Origin: Candidatus Latescibacterota bacterium
GTDB taxonomy: Bacteria > Latescibacterota > UBA2968 > UBA8231
Direction of reading: 5' to 3'
Assembly (NCBI GenBank): GCA_965261395.1
Contig: OZ253462.1
Span: 928,001-992,000, forward strand
DNA length: 64,000 bases
Position numbers and translations under genes: made by a program
The notes under the pieces: generated by a model
What the model was told of the DNA's origin: nothing
Seen by the model: only the letters and a program-made list of their open reading frames with translations
The model's database searches: none
Shown here: positions 38,222 through 47,632 of the stretch, one piece after another
Layout: each line of letters opens with the position of its first letter
Position numbering within the stretch: position 1 is the first letter of the stretch

Positions 38222-39175
38222 TTAGTCGAGATTGGCTTCGACGATTTCGGCATGAACCCGGAAGATATGGCTGTCGGCCGGATCGACAATTACCCGCAGC
38301 CAGTGGATATCGGGCGTGCCGAAGGGTTCGATGCGCGTGAAGCGCACCAAGCGCCGTCCCGTGGTTGCTTGGCGCAGCGGCTTGTCCACGCGGAAATAGT
38401 GGGAGTCGCCGTGGGCTAGGGCCACCGGCCGGCCAAAGCGGACGACCTCTTCTTCTAGAGCCTGCAAAAAAGTGGCGTACGGCCCGTCCGGCTCGTCTTC
38501 GCGTTTCTCAAAGCGCGGATTGGCGTGAATGATGAGGAAAATGGCGCGATGGTCTTGTTCTGTGGCTTGGACGAATGTTTCGCGCATCCAGGCAATGGCG
38601 GCGGCGGTGCGGCTTTTGACTTCATCATCATTGGCCTGAGTGCGGCCTTTAAACTTGGCGGTGGCATTGTGACTGCCAACGATGTGCAGCACCGCAAAGC
38701 TCGTCCGCCCGTGGGTCCAGCGCACGTGCTCGGGGAAGGTGCCCCCTTGGGTGCCGACGCGCATGGGTTGCTGGCCCAGAGTCCAACCCGGGCGCGAAAA
38801 AAAGAGCGCCCGCACGTGTGCCAGCCGATCCAGCGGCTGGTATCCGCTCCGGTGGCAGTCGGTCCAGTCGTTGTCGCCTGGCACCAAAACAAAAGGGCGT
38901 GCAAATTGCTGGAACCACTCGAAGCGGTTCTGTAGCAGGCCATCGCTACAGGGACTACTGCCGCCCTTGATGTCGCCCACGTGGACGACCCATTCCAAAC
39001 TCTCGGCGCGGTTAATGTCCTCGACGAGCCGACCAAAGCGGACGCTGTCGGTCGGGGAGTATGGCATGTCCCCAATCAGGGCGAAGGCGAAGGGACCATC
39101 GGCGGGTGGGTTTTGGGCGCTGGCGGCGTCTAGCAGTGCGAGAATTAGGGATAGACTCAGAAGATACCGGGCCAT
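38222..39175 (-). CDS. Secreted calcineurin-like metallophosphoesterase
   Basis: Start MARYLL with a signal peptide. Motifs GDMPY, HVGD, PGDNDWTDCH and HGDSH. Confidence 0.82.
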   Translation of the reverse strand: MARYLLSLSLILALLDAASAQNPPADGPFAFALIGDMPYSPTDSVRFGRLVEDINRAESLEWVVHVGDIKGGSSPCSDGLLQNRFEWFQQFARPFVLVPGDNDWTDCHRSGYQPLDRLAHVRALFFSRPGWTLGQQPMRVGTQGGTFPEHVRWTHGRTSFAVLHIVGSHNATAKFKGRTQANDDEVKSRTAAAIAWMRETFVQATEQDHRAIFLIIHANPRFEKREDEPDGPYATFLQALEEEVVRFGRPVALAHGDSHYFRVDKPLRQATTGRRLVRFTRIEPFGTPDIHWLRVIVDPADSHIFRVHAEIVEANLD

Positions 39176-39331
39176 ACATTTCCTCCATCTATTTGTCAGT
39201 GCGTTGCCTGATGTCGGTTTTCTTAGGCGTAAGCGAACTAAAAATAAAGGTAGTTTTGGTAACAATGTTAAGGATCGGCTGTTCCACCTGATTAGCGAAA
39301 TCGACCACTTTCAAGGGAAGACCGCAAAGCC

Positions 39332-39928
39332 ATGAATACACTCGTAGATCCCTCCCTAGCCAGAGAATTGGCCCAAGGCACGCCGACCCAAAAAGTCGAT
39401 GCTTTATTCGCGTACATGGAGCGGCGGGGCCAGTCCTTTTACGACGAAATCGTGACCCAACTCGAGCACGCCCTGCAATGCGCTCACCAAGCCCAACAGG
39501 CCGGGGCTGGTTCGGTGCAAGTGGCCGCGGCCCTGCTGCACGATCTGGGTCATTTCCTAGCTGACGAGCACAACGAAGAGGCCGATTTCCTGACCGAGGA
39601 TTTCCTGCACGAAAAAGTGGGAGCCGAGTATCTGGAGCCCTTTTTTATTGACGCAGTGACCGAGCCGGTCGAGCTGCACGTGCCGGCCAAGCGCTATATC
39701 TGCACTGTGGATAGGTCCTATTACCAGACCTTGTCTCGGGCTTCCAAGCGGAGTTTCGAGTTGCAGGGCGGCTTTATGTCGGGCGAAGAAAAGGCGGCCT
39801 TTGAACGGAATCCCCATTGGGAAAGTGCCGTGCAGTTGCGCAAGTGGGACGACTTGGCCAAGGAAAAGGACCTAAAGACGCCGGGCTTGGAGAGCCATCG
39901 GGCGGCCGTGCAGGGCTGTTTGAAGTGA
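39332..39928 (+). CDS. PhnZ/TmpB-like HD-domain diiron oxygenase
   Basis: Y.E.VTQLEHALQCA, LLHDLGH, HEKVG, HVPAKRY, LSRASKRS..LQGG and LRKWDD.AK motifs. Confidence 0.8.
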   Translation: MNTLVDPSLARELAQGTPTQKVDALFAYMERRGQSFYDEIVTQLEHALQCAHQAQQAGAGSVQVAAALLHDLGHFLADEHNEEADFLTEDFLHEKVGAEYLEPFFIDAVTEPVELHVPAKRYICTVDRSYYQTLSRASKRSFELQGGFMSGEEKAAFERNPHWESAVQLRKWDDLAKEKDLKTPGLESHRAAVQGCLK

Positions 39929-39955
39929 TCGCGGCCCTCCGCTTCATGCTCTAGC

Positions 39956-42900
39956 TCACTTGATCAACGACACCTTGCGCTCCTGCACAATATCGCCCGT
40001 TTGCAAGCGCACAAGGTACACCCCGCTAGCGAGCCCCTCCGCATCCCAGCGCACCCGGTAAGTCCCTGGTTTGTGCCACGCCGCTACCAGCGTTTTCACC
40101 CGCTGTCCAGTCGGGCCGAAAACCTCTAGCCGCACCTTTCCGGCCTGCCCGACGCTGAAGTCGATATGCACTCGGCTGTTGAATGGGTTGGGATAAGGCG
40201 GCTGTAGATGCGTTTTTTGCGGCGTGCTCTCCACGGCCTGTACCGCGGTGGCAGCGGCCTCCCCCATGTACGCCTTTACATAGCCGTCCGTGGTCGTTAC
40301 CACCGCATCCAAAAAGCTGTCCCCATCCACATCGGCTAGGGCGATATCGCTGCTGCGCCCCTCCACCTCGAGGGTCCAGGCCCGGCGCAGGGTGCCTTCC
40401 TCCTGTTCCACGCAGATCAACTTGGTGCCACTGCCAAACAGGAACTCGTCGCGCCCATCGCCGTCCACATCGCCGGAGACCACATCCGTGTGGGCCCGCA
40501 CCCCATCGTCGAACTCCAGCAAAACCGCGCCGTCCGCCGCTTGAAACAGGCGCACCCCGTCCGCAGTCGAAGCCAGCAACTCCACGCTCCCATCGCCATT
40601 GCTGTCGCCCACTCCCATCAGCGATTGCACCTCGGTATTGTTGCGGTACGGGGTCTGCCATATTCGCTGGCCATCGCCGGCCAGCACGGCGTTCAAATAG
40701 CCACAGTGCCCCCAAAGGAGTTCGGGCAGGCCGTCGCCGAACAAATCGACCACCGCCGGAAACGCATAGCCGACAAAGGAATCGCTTTCAAACAGCGGAT
40801 TGAGTCCGTTGGTATATCCATAGGCTTGACGCACCACCTGTGCCGTGCCCGTGACCCCGTCGATAATGTGCAGCCGATCGGGCCACATCACCACGATCTC
40901 TTCCAGGCCGTCGCCGTCCACATCCCCCGCAGCGCTGGGATGCCCGCCCAGACTGCGGCCGCTGCCGTTCTCGGGCAGGATGAAACCCTTGGATTCCCAG
41001 ACGATTTCGCCGCTGCGCCCATCGATTAAAAAGCCCACTTCGCTGCCCAGCTTGCCGCGCCGCAAGCTGGCGAATACATCCATGTTCTCTTCGCTGCGGA
41101 AATACCCGACGCTCCAGTAGGACAGGCCGCTGAAGTTCCAGATAGGCATACTGCCGTCAAAGCCGACGAACTCGGTCTGCCAGCGGATGGAGCCATCGGC
41201 CGCGAGCGCCACCAAGCTGGCGTTGCCGCTGGCCGCCTCGCGCGCTGCCAGCACTTCCCGGCGGCCGTCGCCATCCACGTCGGCGGCGACCAGCCCCCAG
41301 TGATAGGGCGCGTTATTGGTCTGGCCGTAGCCCGGCACTTGCCACCGCAGTCGGGGATCGCCCCCGCCCTCCCCCGGAGCTTGCAGACACAGCACTTCCC
41401 GAGTCGCGGTCTGCACGACCACTTCCACTCGGCCATCGCCTTCCAAATCGGCCACTACCGGCGTGCCGGCCGGGGTAAATGCCTGGCGACTCCACTGGTG
41501 CAGCACTCCCGAGGCCCGCTCCAGCGTCAGCACCTGACTGGGAAGCCCACTCCCCTTGAGATACAGCAAAGCCGCCACCCCATCGTCCGCCACTGCGGCT
41601 GTCTCCAGAGCCATTCCGGCCGGACCGCGCACCGACCAGCGCGGTCCGATGCGTCCCGCGCTGTCGCTGCCCAAAGCGACAAACACTTCACCGGCCCCAT
41701 CCGGTGCGAGTGCAAAGAAATCGCGCCGCCCATCGCCATCCACATCGCCGGTCGAAACTGTGCGCAAGCCGTCGGCGGCCCCGGTGCTCACCGTCAAGGG
41801 CAACTGATTTAGCAATACCGTGCTGAAGCGCCCCCGCTCGTGGCTCCAACGCACGGTTGCCGCCCCCGCCTCCAAGGACCAGACCGCCAGCGGCGCATAG
41901 GTCGGCAGGGCCTCACCGCTCGTGGCCGAGACGAATAGCTCCAAGCTCCCATCGCCATCCACATCGGCCATACCGTGCAAATGGTGCTGTGGGAAATCAA
42001 AGCGGGTCTCGCCGCTGAGCGCATCCACGCCGACGATGTGCCACTGGCCGTCGCCTTGGTCGTTGTAAATGCTGTACACCAGCTCGAAGCTCCCATCGCC
42101 GTCCACATCGACTAGGGCCTGCGGTTTGGGCCGCACCACTTTGGTCGATTGCGATGGATCGGGCTGAATGTCGCGCAGCCAGCGCAGCGTCAGTTTTGTG
42201 CCGTCGTTGTCAATGACCTCGGAGTGCATGCTGAAATCGGCCACCACGCCGAATTCGGGATACGGATCGTCGTCGATGTTGGCGGCCCCGAACCAGCCGT
42301 AGTTGCGGTACCCGTGGTACTGCAACTGCATCTTGGCTTCCCCGGTGGCCCCGTCGAAGACGAGGATGCGGTAGTGGGTGGCCACGACTATATCAAGCTG
42401 GCCATCGACATCGACATCGACCACGAGGACATTGGGATCCCAGGTATTGGTAAAGAACTCGGTCTCCCACACCACCCGAGGCTCGCCGCTATCGTACGCG
42501 AGCAGCCGGCCCTGCTTGGGCTCGGCCCCGCCGTCACTGAACGAATTTCCCATCTCAAAGCGCTGTAAGCCCGCCTCCCTAGGCAGGATCTGGGCCACTT
42601 TGAAGACATTGTCCACCGACATGACCACCTCGACGCCGCCGAGGTCAAAAATCTGTGGTCCAATCCCCCAATCCCGCCCGTGGGTGCCGATGTACCCGGG
42701 ATCTACCGGCGCGGCAAAGGGCAATTCCACCGCGCCGCTCCCCTCGCGTTGGGCCACTTCCACATAGCCCTCCCAGGCGGCGATGTCGTAGCGCCAGCGC
42801 TCTTGCGGCGGGTCACGGTGCATTTGACCGATCCCCGAGGCCCGGCCGCTCATGTGGCGGTCGCCGCGCAATTGCAACCATTCGCTCGTTTGCCCGTGCG

Positions 42901-42979
42901 CCCCTCCCGCCAGCATCGCCAGTAGCAAAACCACCGCCGCAATTGCTATACTGTCTTTGGAAAGCCTATCATTGGGCAT
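39956..42979 (-). CDS. Secreted FG-GAP/VCBS-repeat beta-propeller protein with C-terminal PNPFN domain
   Basis: Signal peptide and many DVDGDG Ca-binding motifs. C-terminal YPNPFNS...SGVYLVRL. Confidence 0.8.
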   Translation of the reverse strand: MPNDRLSKDSIAIAAVVLLLAMLAGGAHGQTSEWLQLRGDRHMSGRASGIGQMHRDPPQERWRYDIAAWEGYVEVAQREGSGAVELPFAAPVDPGYIGTHGRDWGIGPQIFDLGGVEVVMSVDNVFKVAQILPREAGLQRFEMGNSFSDGGAEPKQGRLLAYDSGEPRVVWETEFFTNTWDPNVLVVDVDVDGQLDIVVATHYRILVFDGATGEAKMQLQYHGYRNYGWFGAANIDDDPYPEFGVVADFSMHSEVIDNDGTKLTLRWLRDIQPDPSQSTKVVRPKPQALVDVDGDGSFELVYSIYNDQGDGQWHIVGVDALSGETRFDFPQHHLHGMADVDGDGSLELFVSATSGEALPTYAPLAVWSLEAGAATVRWSHERGRFSTVLLNQLPLTVSTGAADGLRTVSTGDVDGDGRRDFFALAPDGAGEVFVALGSDSAGRIGPRWSVRGPAGMALETAAVADDGVAALLYLKGSGLPSQVLTLERASGVLHQWSRQAFTPAGTPVVADLEGDGRVEVVVQTATREVLCLQAPGEGGGDPRLRWQVPGYGQTNNAPYHWGLVAADVDGDGRREVLAAREAASGNASLVALAADGSIRWQTEFVGFDGSMPIWNFSGLSYWSVGYFRSEENMDVFASLRRGKLGSEVGFLIDGRSGEIVWESKGFILPENGSGRSLGGHPSAAGDVDGDGLEEIVVMWPDRLHIIDGVTGTAQVVRQAYGYTNGLNPLFESDSFVGYAFPAVVDLFGDGLPELLWGHCGYLNAVLAGDGQRIWQTPYRNNTEVQSLMGVGDSNGDGSVELLASTADGVRLFQAADGAVLLEFDDGVRAHTDVVSGDVDGDGRDEFLFGSGTKLICVEQEEGTLRRAWTLEVEGRSSDIALADVDGDSFLDAVVTTTDGYVKAYMGEAAATAVQAVESTPQKTHLQPPYPNPFNSRVHIDFSVGQAGKVRLEVFGPTGQRVKTLVAAWHKPGTYRVRWDAEGLASGVYLVRLQTGDIVQERKVSLIK

Positions 42980-43141
42980 CGCTTTTTCCTCGGTATCGCC
43001 ATAAAACTGCAATTATGGAGACCAGAAACCATGCAAGTCAATCTGCAACGGTTTCGTCGCGATGGCTACTTTAAATCGCGATATACCCGCCAATTTTGGC
43101 GTCGATTAATTTATTGCTAACTGAGGAGCCTAGAAAAGCAT

Positions 43142-43888
43142 ATGGATCCGCAACCACTGAAGGGAAAAAGCGCCATTGTCACCGGTGCAGCTCGCGGCAT
43201 AGGCCGCTCCATTGCCCAGCGTCTTGCCGCCGAGGGCGGCCAAGTGGCCATTCTCGATATCGACGCCGACGGCGCGCAACAGGCGGCTGCTGAAATAGGT
43301 GGTTCGACCATCGGCCTTGCCGTCGATGTGAGTCAGGTCGTTTCGGTTGACCGGGCCTTTGCCCAAGTTGCCGACCAGTTGGGTGGCCTCGACATCTTGG
43401 TCAACAACGCCGGCATTGTCGGCACGGACACGCCGGTCAAAGATCTGGCCGAAGACGACTGGGACCGCGTCCTCGACATCAATCTCAAGGGAACCTTTCT
43501 GTGCTCGCGGGCGGCTTTGCGCTACATGCTGCCGCAACAGAGTGGGGTCATCTGCTCGCTGGCCTCTATCTCCGGCAAAGAGGGCAACGCCAATATGGCA
43601 CCCTACTCCGTATCCAAGGCGGGCATCATCTGCTTTACCAAGACGCTGGCCAAAGAGGTTTTGGACTGCGGCATCCGCGTCAATTGCGTGGCGCCGGCCC
43701 TGATTGACTCGCCGTTGTTGCAGGGCATGGATCAAGACCGCGTCGATTTTTTGACCGCCAAAATCCCCCTCGGCCGCTTGGGCCGCCCCGAAGAAGTAGC
43801 GGCGACCATTTTATTCCTAGTATCGGACGAATCGACCTTTGCCACGGGCCAGTGCTTTGACGTGAGCGGTGGTCGGGCGACCTATTGA
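43142..43888 (+). CDS. SDR family oxidoreductase
   Basis: TGAARGIG, NNAG and YSVSK motifs. Confidence 0.93.
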   Translation: MDPQPLKGKSAIVTGAARGIGRSIAQRLAAEGGQVAILDIDADGAQQAAAEIGGSTIGLAVDVSQVVSVDRAFAQVADQLGGLDILVNNAGIVGTDTPVKDLAEDDWDRVLDINLKGTFLCSRAALRYMLPQQSGVICSLASISGKEGNANMAPYSVSKAGIICFTKTLAKEVLDCGIRVNCVAPALIDSPLLQGMDQDRVDFLTAKIPLGRLGRPEEVAATILFLVSDESTFATGQCFDVSGGRATY

Positions 43889-43927
43889 GTGGAGGAAGGA
43901 TTGCCAACGCTGGCTGAATCGAGCGAT

Positions 43928-45529
43928 TCAATCGGCCAGGTAGCGGCGGAGGGCGTTTGCCGTGATTTTGGACACGGCCTCGTCCACCAAAATGGAAGCC
44001 GGCCAGCAGATGGAGCCCACCGAAAAGACGGCACCGCCGCTGGCGGTCGTGTGCTCGACGATTTCGGCACCGCCGTCATCTGGGTTGAGCCCCTTGGCCA
44101 ACAGTCGCGTATTGGCTGGAGACTGCGGCGACATCTTGTCGGTTTCGTGGCCCGAGGCCCCGCCCGGCCCGCGCTGATGCAGGCTTTTTTCGCCGAATAC
44201 ATCGCCGTTTTTCAGGCCCGTCCCCGCAAAACACCAGTGGGCATCGTCTAATACCCGATACGGTGCGGCGGTCATTATGCCGCTATAGGAAAAGACCACG
44301 CCCAATAAATTGGCCTCTGATTCCACCCGTCGGTCAAAGCGGCTCTCGTACTCCTGCCCGTCCGCGGCGATCTGGGGCTCGGAATGGCTCCAGTTGGTGT
44401 TGTGGTACACGATGCGGTGGTCGTCGAGGAATTCGACCTCGCAGTTGAGTCCGTTGCCGCCCAAGTACAGCAAGCGCCCGCCGCGCTCGAAGACCCAGTG
44501 CTTGAGCCGAAAGTACATCTCCTTGGACCAGTACTCGGGGTGGGTGCTGATCACCAGCACTTTGTACTGGTCGAGTGGCACTTGGTCAAAGTGGAATTGC
44601 GTCTCCCCGTACAAGTCGTAATCAATGCCTTGGCGCTCCATCCAGCCGAACAAACGCCATTCGGCCGCAGCCATGTGGCAGCCCTGGCGGCCGGCAATGG
44701 GATCGGTCAGCCTCTCGTCCTCGTCGATGTGGTTGTACGGGTCGGGCCGCTCTAGGGAAAGCGGCGCGTACGCTTCCGCATTGTACGTGCGGTGCTCTTT
44801 TTCGGTATAGCGCTTTAGTTCAAGGCGCGCGTTGATGGTCGGCGTTGCGGGGAAGCAATCGGCGTGGATGTAGTTGCTGCGGCCGCCAAAGCTATTGTAC
44901 GCGTTCCAGTTGATATCCGAGGCTAGCACTGCCACCGGTGCCGTGGGTTGGCTCGGTGCCACGACCCAAGGGAAGGAAAAGAAGCGTTCCTCCTTGTCGC
45001 GGGCGTGCATGTAGTACAGGCCCGAGCGCTCGGGAGCCTCGACGAATTGGCCCAGCGCTTTGCTGTGGTACCCGTGCTTATTCCACTGCACGCCAGCCTG
45101 GGTGTAATCGCCGTCGGGCGTGATCTGCATATTGGCCCGCGGCCCGTGCTCGTCAAAAGTGCCGATGCGGCGGATGAACTCCTTTTCGATCCCGTAGCGC
45201 CACAGTTCCAGTTCGTACTCGACCACCCCGTGCACCCGGAATTCGGCCCGTTCCCCGCCGCGCACGCATTTGGGCCACATATAGCCCAGCAGCCCGTCCG
45301 ACAGTAGGCGAAACTGGTATGGTTGGTCTTGGCGAGCCTCCATGTGCACGATCTTTGAACCGTGGCCCGGTCCGCCTAGGACGACCTCGTACTCCCCAGG
45401 TTCGATGTCCGCGTACACGGCGCCCGCAATGGTCGAGTGCGCCGTTGCAACCCGGCCGTCGCGGCGAAACTCAAACAGCATATCGGCCAGGGCGACATAG
45501 CGTTCATTGCTGACGTATCCGACGAGCAT
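43928..45529 (-). CDS. N,N-dimethylformamidase large-subunit-like protein
   Basis: RSGLY, WNAYN.FGG, HPEYWS, LGGN, ASGHETD and VFSVGSI motifs. Confidence 0.78.
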   Translation of the reverse strand: MLVGYVSNERYVALADMLFEFRRDGRVATAHSTIAGAVYADIEPGEYEVVLGGPGHGSKIVHMEARQDQPYQFRLLSDGLLGYMWPKCVRGGERAEFRVHGVVEYELELWRYGIEKEFIRRIGTFDEHGPRANMQITPDGDYTQAGVQWNKHGYHSKALGQFVEAPERSGLYYMHARDKEERFFSFPWVVAPSQPTAPVAVLASDINWNAYNSFGGRSNYIHADCFPATPTINARLELKRYTEKEHRTYNAEAYAPLSLERPDPYNHIDEDERLTDPIAGRQGCHMAAAEWRLFGWMERQGIDYDLYGETQFHFDQVPLDQYKVLVISTHPEYWSKEMYFRLKHWVFERGGRLLYLGGNGLNCEVEFLDDHRIVYHNTNWSHSEPQIAADGQEYESRFDRRVESEANLLGVVFSYSGIMTAAPYRVLDDAHWCFAGTGLKNGDVFGEKSLHQRGPGGASGHETDKMSPQSPANTRLLAKGLNPDDGGAEIVEHTTASGGAVFSVGSICWPASILVDEAVSKITANALRRYLAD

Positions 45530-45569
45530 GTCCGTCCCTCCAATTGAGTGTGAATCGTTGCGTTGCTTC

Positions 45570-46742
45570 TCAACCCGCCCCTTCGTCGTGCCACGACATG
45601 GCTTCGCCGCGCACGATGCGCGAGCGGATCTCGTGGCGTCCGGGCCATTCGACCGGCAAGTCGCCGTTTTCGACCATGTAGTTCAAGGGGTTCACCCGCG
45701 TCTTCAACGGCATGTGGATCCGCTGCCTTTTGCGCGCCGATTCGAACAGGGCCATCATCACTTCTTGCACGGCGCGGCCGCGCTCGCCGCTGCTGATGGG
45801 ATGGTCGATCTTGCCTTCGACCCAGTCGATAGTCTCCTGACATTGATGCGCCCAACAGTCGTGCCACTCGGCCTCGACTTGTTGCCAGCCTGCAGACGAG
45901 GCATTGAGATAACGCGCCGTGCCCAATTCGTAATTGTAGCGCGCTGATGGTCCTTCGGGCATGTACATGGGCGCGTCCGAGGGAATTTCGCTGTCGGGTC
46001 GGCGGCTCGTGCCCAACTCCATGATCCCATCTGTGCCGATCACCCGACAACCTTGCCCCAACCCGGACACCAAATTGCCCACGATCAACATCGTAGCGCC
46101 GTTGTCGCACCCGGCTAGCCCCATGCACGACTCCTCGGCTGGCAAGCCGCGTTCGCACTGGTCGATGGTGCGCTCGACCGCGCCCACTACCCACTCGACC
46201 TTTGGCTCGTCCATCAGGAACAGGGCTAAGCGGATATTGTGCGAATTGGTGTTGAGGATATTGCCGCCGCATTCCAACTGCACTTGGGTCACCTTGCCGA
46301 TAATGCCTTGGCGGATCAGCTCGCGCGCCTTGAGCCAAGTGGCGTGATGCGGTCGCTGGTACGCGATGACTAGCTTGACATCGTTGCGCAGGCAGGCCAT
46401 CAGCATTTCGTCGGCCTCGCGCAAATCGACCGCCATTGGCTTTTGGCAGAGGATGGCCTTGGGCCGGCGGGCTGCCGCGGCAATGACCATTTCGGCGTGC
46501 TGCTGATGCCAAGAGCACACATCGACGAAATCGGGCCTTTCTTGGTCGAGCATTTCGCGGTAATCGGCGTAGCGGTGTTCCTCATCTACGCCGAAAAAAT
46601 CGCCGAATTCGGCTCGGGCATCGGGGTTGGTATCGGCCAAAGCGGCGATTTGGGTCGGCTGTCCGGCGACGCCGAGCCAGCCGCGAGTATGCACCCGGGC
46701 GATGGTGCCACAGGCGACGATGGCAGTGCGGTATGGGGCCAT
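45570..46742 (-). CDS. Gfo/Idh/MocA oxidoreductase
   Basis: Rossmann motif ACGTIARVH; CQKPMA (variant of EKP); H in the catalytic helix. Confidence 0.85.
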   Translation of the reverse strand: MAPYRTAIVACGTIARVHTRGWLGVAGQPTQIAALADTNPDARAEFGDFFGVDEEHRYADYREMLDQERPDFVDVCSWHQQHAEMVIAAAARRPKAILCQKPMAVDLREADEMLMACLRNDVKLVIAYQRPHHATWLKARELIRQGIIGKVTQVQLECGGNILNTNSHNIRLALFLMDEPKVEWVVGAVERTIDQCERGLPAEESCMGLAGCDNGATMLIVGNLVSGLGQGCRVIGTDGIMELGTSRRPDSEIPSDAPMYMPEGPSARYNYELGTARYLNASSAGWQQVEAEWHDCWAHQCQETIDWVEGKIDHPISSGERGRAVQEVMMALFESARKRQRIHMPLKTRVNPLNYMVENGDLPVEWPGRHEIRSRIVRGEAMSWHDEGAG

Positions 46743-46856
46743 GAAGAACTCCTGTCGTTTTAGACGAATATTCGCGCTAAGGTGAAAACACCCAAAATTG
46801 ACGGTATTGGTCAGTGCCTAGTCCATTTTTCCACAGGGCACGGACCACTTCGTTTC

Positions 46857-47621
46857 TCAATTCCAATCGAGTGCTAAACCCGTTGTTAGGCTAAAATCGC
46901 TTCCAGCCACTCCATTGAGCGGATCGCTATCGCGCTGGAAAGCCACGGACGTAGTCGAGGATAGCGCTTCGGTGATCGACACTTTCAAGACCACGTCCCA
47001 TAAAACGCGATAGTCGTCGAATTGCCGCACCGCGGGTTGCACGTAGGCCGTTCCCGCTAGCTGGGCCGTTTCACCGAGCTTGATATCCGCCGACAAGTAG
47101 TTGCTCCAGCGGACAAGAGAGATCCGAGCCGCATGGTCGTCTGCTGGTGTGAGCTCATTTCGCTCGTGCTCAAACATCAACGACGAGCCTAGCCAAAAAG
47201 ACGACTCGCCCGGTGCGATGAGAGCCCAACGGATGCCGCCGCCGACAAGGCCGCGAAACTCCAAGCGCCGGGATTGGTCGTAATTAACTTGTCCGAAGGC
47301 TTCTCCATGCAGCCGCGAGCCCAAGGCTCGGACATAGCGCAGATGCGCCAACGCTTCATTGGAAAAGCGCTCCTTACCCTCCCAGCCGGCGTCGCCTGAG
47401 CCGATAAAAATAAATGTGTCCTCGGCGCGGCCGTAACTGAGGGAAAGCTCGGGGCCGCATTCGAATAACTCGACATTGCCGGCCCGCAACGTCAGGTCAA
47501 TCGCCACGGAACCGAAAAAACCCGCTTGATTGTCCCGGCGTAGGCTTTCGATATCGACTTGTGCCCACAGGGGATTCGCCAGCCAGACTAGGGCCGCTAG
47601 TAAGAGCCAATAAGGCTTCAT
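46857..47621 (-). CDS. DUF481-like outer-membrane beta-barrel
   Basis: Signal peptide, alternating amphipathic strands, RWSNYLS, YVQP and a terminal aromatic (DWN). Confidence 0.72.
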   Translation of the reverse strand: MKPYWLLLAALVWLANPLWAQVDIESLRRDNQAGFFGSVAIDLTLRAGNVELFECGPELSLSYGRAEDTFIFIGSGDAGWEGKERFSNEALAHLRYVRALGSRLHGEAFGQVNYDQSRRLEFRGLVGGGIRWALIAPGESSFWLGSSLMFEHERNELTPADDHAARISLVRWSNYLSADIKLGETAQLAGTAYVQPAVRQFDDYRVLWDVVLKVSITEALSSTTSVAFQRDSDPLNGVAGSDFSLTTGLALDWN

Positions 47622-47632
47622 TGTATTGGGGA

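Noticed and set aside
45376-46518. 380-aa same-strand alternative ORF over the Gfo/Idh/MocA gene
   Set aside because: Arg-rich frame shadow with no recognisable domain.
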